Of a stretch of 64,000 nt of DNA, positions 55,431 through 64,000 are shown piece by piece. Both the position numbers and the translations under genes were made by a program. Under the pieces are notes generated by a model. That model saw nothing but the letters and a program-made list of their open reading frames with translations. It was not told the origin of the DNA and searched no databases. Numbering within the stretch: position 1 is the first letter of the stretch; each line of letters opens with the position of its first letter. This stretch comes from Caecitellus pseudoparvulus (taxonomy: Eukaryota > Protista > Bigyra: Bicosoecida): assembly GCA_965644315.1 (NCBI GenBank), contig CBFFRQ010000031.1, positions 792,413 to 856,412 on the forward strand. The letters run 5' to 3'.

Positions 55431-56284
55431 CAGCTCTTACAGAGGCTCTAAAGCCACCTACCTTCTCAAACTGCACTAAACTCAGACTTTTTACCGCAAA
55501 GTCTTAGCTGGATGCTGACTTGCGGGGATTGGTGTACGTACGTGTTCGTAGTGGCTCCTTGAAATGCAACGTCCCACAGGTGGATGGTGTCAGCGCAGGT
55601 GCAGTGACACAGGGCCAGCCTAGCGTGACTACACAGGCTTCCCAGAGCTTGGTTTTTGCTCTGTTACATTCGGAGTGAAAGTTTAATTTGGTTGGGTCGA
55701 TATTATGCCTGAAACCTCAACAGGGCCTGCCGGAGAGGTGCAACTCCATCTGGGCAGAGTTTCATGAAACTCCACAGAGCTTCGGGGCTCTATCTTCGGC
55801 TTCTTCAAGCAAGCACCAACAGGACATTGTGTGGGGGCTCGATCAGTATGCATGCAACACTGCCTGCGTAGTCTGCGTGGGTGAAAGGCCCTGTGCATTG
55901 CGGAATCCGTGTCGGCGACTTCTTGGTGCGGGCTGGCTTCTCCTGCCTCCCGCCGACCCGGATTGCCGCCCATCCTTGCGCAAGCCCTGGTAATTTTCAT
56001 GCTAAGGTCAAACCTGAAGACCTATTGCAGGTTTAGCATAGGCTGTAGCGTCTCCGCAGCATCTCCGCTGACCAATTTGACCTCTAGCTCCACTTGGCTT
56101 CTTGCCTTAGGTCCCATTCCGGAAGTCTTGTGCGATGCTTACTCCATTCTCCACCCAGGGGGGCTATGGCTCCTCAAAACGAAGGTCCATGCCGGAAAGA
56201 ACCACTCTGACTTGCACACCACTGCGAAGTGGGCCTGCAGTGCTCCCTGAAGCTCGCCCGCAGGGCACCCAGCTCCTTCTACTC

Positions 56285-58219
56285 TCAGGTCTTCCTGCGT
56301 TTTCCTCTGGAAATAATGCGGTACTCGCTCTTGCGGGCCAAAAAGGTTGACTTGGACATGAGCAAGTCTGCTCGGTCTTCCTCGATGTCGCCTGTCAGAT
56401 GCTGGGGACTCGCCGGTTCGCACTTCGTGACCAGCTCAAGCAGCTCGCCGCCGTCCAGCTTCATGTACTCCGCTTCAATTACCTTGGACCTTTCCTGGAG
56501 CCTCCCACATACAGTTTTCCCATCACGTGGGTCATACAAGTACGCCCGTGTGTGCGCACGGGTGTTGACCATGAGGTACCACTGCGGCTGCTCAATCAGG
56601 CTGAGCACATCCCCATCCTGCACTTCACTGCCGTCATCCTCGTCATCCTCTGCAACACAAGCTGCCCCAGACCTTGCCAGACTTGCAGCCGATCTTTCCC
56701 GCTGTCTCTTTGTCCCGCCCAGCCTTTTCTCCGACCTCTGTGGCACCTGCACAGACTTGGCAGGCACTCTGTCGTGGCTGTCGCCATCCTCAAATGTGAT
56801 GGAGTGTGTGCCGTCGGCTCGCACCTGTGACACACGCCCAGGGTACCAGCCATCGGGCCCATTCGTCCACCCCCAGTCCATGGACTCTCCGTCCTCCCCT
56901 TGGCCGGATGGGATGAATGCCCGTGCGATGACGGAGTCACCCTCTTGGAACTTGGGCTGGAACGGGACTGGTGGGTGGATAACTGACCTCTCCCTCGTTG
57001 CATGGATGTATCGCATGGCCTTGGGAATGTCTTGCAGACCCCTCTCTCTCCAAAGCCTGCCAAGGTCCCCAACCATGTGCGTCACCGCCTCAGTCCATTC
57101 GGCCTTGGGCACGTGTGCAAGTCGGCTGTGGTCCACTTGGTCTCTGACTGGTCCAAGACGGCCATCAGGGAAGCACTGAGCAAGCTGTGGCTGCGACTCA
57201 TTCCCCGGTACAACGTACACGCAGTCCCAGCCCTGCGCATCAAATGCCCGGACGATGTCTCCTCGAATGGTTGTGACGGAGGCCGCCGCTGAGGGCTGGC
57301 CGAGACCTGCAAGGACATCCGGGCGCCAAAAGGCACCTGCACGCCGCTCCGCATCCTCTGGGAAGGCGCTCCATAATACCAGGCTTATCATCTGTGCCAG
57401 ACAGTCCCCGCTCTCAGCCTCTCGCAGGCTGCGCAAGAGTGCCCAATGTTTCGTTGCCGCCTTCGCAAGGCGCTGGACTGCCAAAGGAAGGAAGTCATCC
57501 ACAAGCAGGAACACTGGCTTGGGGGGCAGTCTCACCACTCTGTCCATTATGAAGCCCTTGGAGTCTACGATGATGGTGTGTTCAGGATTGTCCCCGAGCC
57601 AAACGCGGAAGACTTGTTTCGTGGACACGGCATCCGCTCCCTCTCGAGCCACGTACAGCGTGTCCAGTCCGATCGCATCAAGACTGCCTTCAGCCGGCCT
57701 GGATGCAACTGGTGCGCGTGTTGAAAACTTCCTCACCATGTTCTTGCTTGTAACCGACGATGGTTTCGTTTGCTGCGTCCGGCGGTTTGGGTGCTTGCGG
57801 AGAGCTGGCTGTGCGCTCGAAGCGTCAGAGGGCTTCAGTCTGCGTGCGTGTGCTGGGTCCACTTGGGAACCCTTACCAGGCGAAGTTCGCAATGTCTTCT
57901 TTCGTCGAAGTTTTCTGGCCACGTGCCCTGAAAAGTTCCCAGAGTTTGCAACGTACTTCTCCCTGCTCCGTGCCCCCTTGGCGGCGGCATCCAGCACTGG
58001 AGCCCAGCAGATCTCTGGGTCACACTCCGTTGCAGCCCGCTTAACAAGCCTGACTGCTGAACTTGGAATGGCTGAACCGAGTCGTTCCATCTTCAGTGCC
58101 AGGGCTGCCAGCTCCTTTGCAATTGCCTTGGCCTCTGGTGCGCTCGCCTCATTGCGCTTGCGGCTGTTGAGGGAGACTCTGTGACTGGCGAGGCAGCACC
58201 CTCCGGATTCTGGGCGCAA
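56285..58219 (-). CDS. C-terminal part of the element protein (or a second ORF): basic linker, unknown domain and Tudor-like domain
   Basis: Overlaps the transposase ORF in the -1 frame. Tudor/Agenet-like FQEGDSVIARA..GWYPGRVSQVRADGTHSITFEDGDSHDRVPAKSV at ~56950-56745. Ends in KRRKT. Confidence 0.7.
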   Translation of the reverse strand: MRPESGGCCLASHRVSLNSRKRNEASAPEAKAIAKELAALALKMERLGSAIPSSAVRLVKRAATECDPEICWAPVLDAAAKGARSREKYVANSGNFSGHVARKLRRKKTLRTSPGKGSQVDPAHARRLKPSDASSAQPALRKHPNRRTQQTKPSSVTSKNMVRKFSTRAPVASRPAEGSLDAIGLDTLYVAREGADAVSTKQVFRVWLGDNPEHTIIVDSKGFIMDRVVRLPPKPVFLLVDDFLPLAVQRLAKAATKHWALLRSLREAESGDCLAQMISLVLWSAFPEDAERRAGAFWRPDVLAGLGQPSAAASVTTIRGDIVRAFDAQGWDCVYVVPGNESQPQLAQCFPDGRLGPVRDQVDHSRLAHVPKAEWTEAVTHMVGDLGRLWRERGLQDIPKAMRYIHATRERSVIHPPVPFQPKFQEGDSVIARAFIPSGQGEDGESMDWGWTNGPDGWYPGRVSQVRADGTHSITFEDGDSHDRVPAKSVQVPQRSEKRLGGTKRQRERSAASLARSGAACVAEDDEDDGSEVQDGDVLSLIEQPQWYLMVNTRAHTRAYLYDPRDGKTVCGRLQERSKVIEAEYMKLDGGELLELVTKCEPASPQHLTGDIEEDRADLLMSKSTFLARKSEYRIISRGKRRKT

Positions 58220-61200
58220 CCAGGGCTCATCTGAGACCCATCAACTGGATTCGAGTCCGTCTCAGTGACGCTCAGCTCTTTCCCTCCAAATGTTTCCGAT
58301 ATCTTGCTTGCGACATCACAGCGCAGGATCTCCTGAGCGTAGTGGCGTGCTGCCCAGCCGTGCTTGCACGAAGCTGTGGATCCGTGGGCAGAGCAGTCGC
58401 AGATTGGGCCACATGTTCGGGGGTTAGCCAACGAGACGAGGTAGATGTTATTGGTCTGTGACTCGCTGTGGATCTCGAAGGTCAGCGTCTTGCAGTCTTG
58501 CAGGTTGATACGTTCCTCCAAGACACCCTCCTTCTTCCACCGTAGGAACATCTCGAGCCCTTTCTTTTTTGACTCTCTCGCCATTCGTTGTACGGAACTC
58601 CGGGCACCTGTCCTGTACGTCCGGGCCACTTCACGACACTGGATGTACGACACTAAACAGCCTCCCTTGTCTGGCTCTGGCCCTCCTACAAGCGCAACGA
58701 GCATCTCATAGGTTGAATGGTTGTAGCGCCGCTTCAAGACCCGGTACTTGAGCATGTTCCACATTGACTCAACATAGTTTGTTGTGTTGTCCATGGAGCG
58801 GTCATTGCGAAACCAAAGTGCCCATGTTGGCAGCCACGCGTCACACAGCCAGTTCGCCTCCAAGTACTCCAGCGCTTTGCGGTACTTAGGATCAGCGCAC
58901 ACGTCTTGCCTCATGACTTGCCAGTGGCGGTGGAGCTCTTGAGGCGACGTTGCCGTGAACAGAGTGCGGGCTGCATCCGTGAAGGTGGTTTTGCTCTCTT
59001 GGTCTGGAAGGGTCATGGTGACGCTCTCGTTCACAGCCTTCAGAGCGTGGAAGTGACAGAGGAACAGCTTGCTATGCAGCATGCGTTCCAGCATCCGCAC
59101 TTCTGGAATGTGTCTGAAGGCGCTGAGTTCATGGGTATGCTCGCGAAGCGTCTGGATGGTTTCGTGCACAGGCAGCCACTTCGCCTTGCTGGCATCCTCC
59201 ACCGCGCCGATGTCGCCCAGCTGCCGCTGGGCCGCCTGGGCAGAGACCTGCAGCGAGCGGGGCACGTTGGGATCCTTCCCCACTTTATCCAGCAGCCTCT
59301 TCATCTTGGTCCCCACGTGCCATGCGAAGGCGGAGTGGCCATGTGGGCACTTGTCCATCATCTTGGCGGTGAGGTGAAACGCACCACCCAGCTCGGCCTC
59401 CATCTTCTGGTACGACCACACGAGAGCTTGGGCTAGGGCCCCAGGCACTGGGTTTTTCCCTGCATGGAAGTACATGAACGCAACTGGGATGCCATGTGAG
59501 GTGTGGGGTGACCTGTACAGCCACGTGAAGAGCTTTGACTTGAACTTGTCGGTGCCTCCCGTGTCATCCTCGTACACCAGGGAGTTCATGGACTCCTTGT
59601 ACTCGCTTGTAGCTGCATACTTCCTCATTTGCGGTGTGATTATGAGCAAGACACTGAAGTCCTCCGCTTGGTTGAGCTTGTTGAGGTGGACGTAGGTGTT
59701 GGTCGTGTCTGCCGCCGCCATGTCCACACACGCCTGAAAGACGGACATCCCCCCGCGCTGCTCTCGCTTCATTTTGTCCAAATATCCCTGGATTGCGGCA
59801 GGGGAGGGGTGAATGTTGAACAGTCCATGCTTGCGTCTGAGACCAGCGTCCTGCATGAGCTGGGACGTGGCTGTGTGCTTGTCTTTGAGCATCTGGTCGT
59901 GCTTTATGTATACCTCAGGGGTTGAGCACTGTGTCTTGGCTAGGAGATAGGTAAGGATGTCAAGCATGGATGCGCCAGGGGTGCTTGCTGCCCTTTTCTT
60001 TATGATTTCCGTCACCACGGGGCTGAGGGGCAGAGACATGTACTCCGCACGACCGACCTGCTTGGTCGGGTCAACGGGTTCATCGATTGCGAAGTACTTT
60101 GCAGGGGTGTGGTTGTGGTGCATGCAAACCTCCAGAGTGTATCCCTTCTGACTTAGGGTCACCCGTATCCTGAAGGGGCACTGCTGGCAAAGTCTTTGTG
60201 GTGAAGCCAGAGCAGCGTCACGCTGTTGCGGATCGTGAACAGGGCTGCTTGGTTCTGGACTGCAATCCGAACCTGCAGAGTCAGGGCTTGTGTGTGTGCA
60301 TGCAAATGTCAAAATGACTTGCCCCTGCTTCCCGCGCCACGGCTTGTTCTCCAGCTTGATGAGGCATCCAAACTCCCTCGCCGCTTGTGAGAGCGCTGGG
60401 CCACATTCTTCGAGCGGGCCAAATCGAATGCGCTGCCCGAGTGACCGTCGATGGACAAGCAAGGCATGCAGAGGACTGCTTGCCCCCTTTGGCGTTGGCA
60501 GGATGCTGGAGACTATGGTGTCTGTCCTGGGAGTCTTGTCCACACGGGATAGTCGGACCTGGATGATGGTGGCCTGAGCAGTCGCATGCGCTAGAGTTAC
60601 TTGGCTATGATGCCGGTGCTCCTTCAAGATGAGCGCCCCTTGATGAGACGCAGCCCGCACGGCGCGCACGACATCCACCGGCGCCACCCCAGCATGTCTG
60701 GTTGCTGCCAGCACATCTCGCAAGCGGGTCAAGGCTTCCCTGTTCTCCAAACCGCAGTGCTTATCTACTTCGTTGGGGAGCTTGCCGATGCTCGCCATGC
60801 TAATCACATTGGCAAGAGTCAGCTCAAGGACTGGGTTGAGCTGCAGGCACGTGCGGATGGCTTCAATCACGCGTGCAAAGTCCAGCAGCACAGGCGCGGG
60901 AGTCTCGATATGGGAGCAAGAGCTACCGGTCATGCCGCCCATTGAGCTGGTGCTCGTGATGTCGCTGTCAAAGAGAGCAATCGGACTCAGGCCGAAGTCT
61001 AGATAAGCAGCCAGCCCAGCCCACGCATCCCTGTCTGGCCTTCCCTTGTGAAGCTCCGCCCAGCTTTTGGCCAAGCTGAAGGCAAGGAGGTCACTTGCTT
61101 GTGCACCATCTTCCTCCATGCCAGCTCTGACTCTTGAAGCTTCGGACTTGTTGAAAAAGACGTACATGTGCCCAGGTACGTCCACTGCACACTTGCCTGC

Positions 61201-63412
61201 AAGCTCGGCAAGGCTTTCCAGGTCTCCTGGGAAGTCATGGACAATGACGCGATCGTATGCGTACTGCGGCATGTCCAACGCCACTGGCAGCAGGATCACG
61301 TCCACGCAGAGGCCTTGTTGTGTTTGGGGCCACCCACCAGAGCTTTGGGGTTCAAGAGCTTCCGTGTCACTTCGAGCCAGAGCTTTGCGGACACGCCTGT
61401 CCAGGGCGTTTGTCGTGGCTTCGTCCTGGCACACAACAAGCACCCTTTCGAAGCTCTGGAACTGAGCTAACAACTCAAGAACTTCATCAAAAGATTGGTG
61501 CTTCGTTGCTGCTGCAGCAGACCTTGGGCGAGCTCCGCTGCTGCCACAGGCAAGTGGCTTGTGTGTCACATGCAGCTGCACTGCAGTCCGGACACTGCGC
61601 CTGGCAATGGTAGTGTGCTCTGGAGCAAGGTGCAGGTACGAAAGGATGCGAGGCACGGTGCCTGGCGCAGCTACAGTGCTCGTGGCGAGAACAGGGATGC
61701 TTGCTGCTTGGGCAGCCTGGCTCAACTGCCTCAGGGGATCACTGTCGACTTGCATGAGTGGCAAAGGACCCGCAGGCAGGTTCATGACGAGTGCCACAAG
61801 CATTCTATGTTCACGAGTCGACGAAGTTGTCGACAAGAACTGCATCGCCTGTGGGATGGACGCAACGATCACGGCCCCTTGCGTCAAGCTTGGATGGAGA
61901 GCGGCATCGCTGGGAACCATGTCACCAGCCGACGCACAGGTGGCGACGCAGTCCCCGAACGAGGGCACTTGTCCAACTGCAAGCTTGTGCGCCACCTCAC
62001 AGTCGCAATCAACTTCATCGGAGGGCAAGATACACGCTGCTAGTCCACTTTGTAGCAGGCGCGACACCTTTGCCCAATGCCGGGATGGACAAGGGCTCGC
62101 CAGGAGGACAACCCCCTGCAAAGTGCCAGCCAGCAAGCCGAGAAGATCCGCTTGATCGTTATCCAGGGGCGAAATAACAAGCGAGTGCTTCCCTGCACGG
62201 GTGCTTTGAAGTACTTGGGCGTGGTGAGGCTGTGGACTTGCTTGAACCCCCAGCACCGCCTCGATCGCTGCCGGTTGCCCTCCACCAGCGCCTCCGAGTG
62301 CAGCCACAGAGCTTGAATCAGAAAGGCAGAGCTTCTGGAAGTCTAGAGCCTTGACGAGCACCGCTGTGTGTGCTCCGGTCGCGGGCTCCACCACTAGTTG
62401 GGGAGTGGCCTCTGCCTCTGTGCCTCCGCCTGCCCCCGAGGCTGGACTGGGCGCTGCAGAGCTCCCAAACCGCCTTGTCTCGATTATAATTTCCTCTCTA
62501 GCCCCTGGAAGTTCAATATCCGCGTCGTCTGAATCCTCAGCTTTGGCTGCCTGCAGCCTGGACGACTTGCGAGAAGCACGTGCTTGGCCCGCTGCTCCTC
62601 CGGCCAAGGATGCACAGTGTCTCGGCTCCACAGCCCCGAGGCCGCAGTGGTCCTCGCTCAAGAGTGTAAGCACTTCGACTCCAAGGAGTTTGACAACTTC
62701 CTGTGCGACTTGAGCCTGTTTCCAACCAATGGGACGACGTGAGGACTCCTGTGCTCTGCGATGGACTGCGCTTGCGCCTGCAGCGACGAAGCTCTGGATA
62801 TCCCCCGCTTTGATTGCCCATGGGTACTTTCCTGTCAGATTAAGCTTCTTTGCCTGCAAGCAGAGCAAGCTAGGTGCGGAACTGAGCGCTTAGGAGCCGC
62901 AAATGGCGACTTACTTCGTCGAAGAGGAAGCCCGCACTACGCTTTCCCTTGTAGAAGCCGCCATCCTGTGCCAAGGCGAAGATTATCGAGTCCCAGGTAT
63001 CTAAAGGAAGTAGGTATGTTCCCCCGTTTGACATGAGGTGCACTGTGTCGTAGCTTGCGTCCTCAGGAGGGTCATCTGTGACCTGCAGCGCATCCTCTCC
63101 TGCCAGTGACAGGATGGACGACGCCAGAGCAGCAATCCGGGCCTTTGAGACACCCCCACCGAGCGTGTGAGAGTTCCATTGAACTTTGCAGCCCCTGATC
63201 ACGCTCGAGACTTGTGTCAAGTCGACTGTGGCAGGCAAACTGCCTCTGGATGAGAATCTCTGCGATTTCAAACCAGGCCTCTTCATGGAATTGAGCATGA
63301 TCTGGGCGAGGCGACGGGAAGCCAGAGCGCCAAAGGGTACTGAACATGATTTTATGCCTGCAGCATGCTTCACGTATTTGTGGGTGATGCCTTTCTGGCC
63401 AGCGGAAGCCAT
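58093..63412 (-). CDS. MULE transposase fused to an inactive RecQ-like helicase core (2 exons)
   Basis: ATG 63412; a 61-nt intron 62914-62854 (GTAAGT..TTGCAG) joins the 220-aa and 1591-aa ORFs (FLFDE|AKKLN). RecQ-like region ~62270-60620; WRKY/GCM1-type Zn region FACTH..CPFRIRV..HNH ~60300-60108; D (YEDDTGG ~59567), D (KMMDKC ~59354), CHFH (~59050), E (TTNYVES ~58769); SWIM CDC-x8-CKH ~58400-58358. Confidence 0.85.
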
Positions 63413-63594
63413 TTTAGGTGGAGGGTACCCGAAACGCCTGTGTAACGCCAGGGGGGAAATGCACCCGAGCCCGTATCTCACGATGCCTGCGAACCTCACG
63501 AACAGAATCATGTAGAGATAGAAGCTGCACACACAAGAAACACGCTGCGGTGCAATGAGGGTGTTAATTTTGCACGACCTTGGTGAAAATGCCC

Positions 63595-63632
63595 TGCTTC
63601 AGCACCCTACCAGTCAAACTCATCTCCAGCGT
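63595..63632 (-). repeat. Right terminal inverted repeat
   Basis: Inverted partner of 55393-55430; lies ~180 bp upstream of the transposase ATG. Confidence 0.8.
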
Positions 63633-63681
63633 CATACCCCCCCTCCAGCTTCAGTCAACCCCCCAAGAGAAACACACAGCA

Positions 63682-63970
63682 CCCAGCCACATTCCACATG
63701 GCGCAAACCCACCCAAGGACAGTCCTGTGCACTCTGCCTATAACAATATACACTCTACCACCTCTGCCTGCGACTGGCCTGCCCTCTCGCTGCGCACACT
63801 GCACGTTTGGGGTGTGAGTTGGCAGCAGCAGCAGCTGCTCAATTTCCGCAGGTCCTGCAACCAGCGAAGTCGTCGATGATCCTGCCGCCATTCGTCCTGC
63901 AGAAACCCTAATATTGGCTCTTCAACATTCGGAAACACTAGTGAGTGCAGTCTCGTGGCATGGCGTGGCG
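63682..63970 (+). repeat. Copy B of the ~290-bp direct repeat (predicted promoter/5'UTR of a paralog starting just beyond the window)
   Basis: Colinear with 50891-51171, including the GTGAGT donor at 63941. The window ends in CTGCGTTGCC, matching CTTGCGTTGTC just before the acceptor in copy A. Confidence 0.88.
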
Positions 63971-64000
63971 CTGATCGCAGGCACTCATGCCTGCGTTGCC

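Larger units (their letters stand above)
55393..63632 (-). mobile_element. Mutator-like (MULE) DNA transposon, ~8.24 kb, with 38-bp imperfect TIRs
   Basis: TIRs at 55393-55430 and 63595-63632 (31/38 identical as inverted repeats) enclose one long gene with MULE DDE, CxxH and SWIM motifs. GC is lower than host genes (30/60 and 36/60 in two sampled lines). No clean TSD seen. Confidence 0.82.

Noticed and set aside
55683-56280. Possible second (mudrB-like) gene inside the transposon's 3' part
   Set aside because: Only short ORFs on both strands, with no consistent splice model or motif.
50891-63970. Direct repeats interpreted as LTRs of a 13-kb retroelement
   Set aside because: Copies are strongly diverged, no TG..CA ends, PBS or PPT are evident, and there is no RT, RNase H or tyrosine recombinase between them. 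Paralogous gene leaders explain them better.
1-64000. CRISPR arrays, rRNA genes, telomeric repeat arrays
   Set aside because: None seen; the only tandem repeats found are coding.

Overview
Compact, GC-rich eukaryotic nuclear DNA from a flagellated protist. A stramenopile-like origin is only an impression. Introns are short GT-AG (mostly ~61-82 nt) and intergenic gaps are often under 300 bp. Bases 1-50.7 kb hold ordinary host genes: a probable meckelin/TMEM67 N-terminus head-to-head with a tectonic gene, a membrane protein, a CAMK-type kinase, CCDC39, sulfite oxidase, tRNA-His(GUG), UMP1/POMP, PRP6, TIM23, ERCC8/CSA, an ABCB half-transporter, a ~1950-aa receptor-like RING-H2 protein, a long coiled-coil protein, a DCD-domain protein and a ~3900-aa SPEF2/CPC1-like protein. 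A ~3.2-kb gene-free, low-GC tract (12.8-16.0 kb) next to the tRNA shows a strand-skew reversal and is a candidate centromere or replication origin. From 50.9 kb the window is accessory. It contains a P-loop NTPase + Mrr-like PD-(D/E)xK nuclease gene (Crinkler/RHS-type architecture) whose ~290-bp upstream region recurs at the window end, implying a tandem paralog. Between the two copies lies an ~8.2-kb element bounded by 38-bp imperfect terminal inverted repeats. It encodes a Mutator-family DDE transposase fused to a catalytically dead RecQ helicase core and, across a -1 frame break, a Tudor-like domain; this is the most unusual system here. A recurring AATGCA / palindromic AATGCATT motif after stop codons is a candidate polyadenylation signal. 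All family assignments are by-eye motif recognition; no searches were run.
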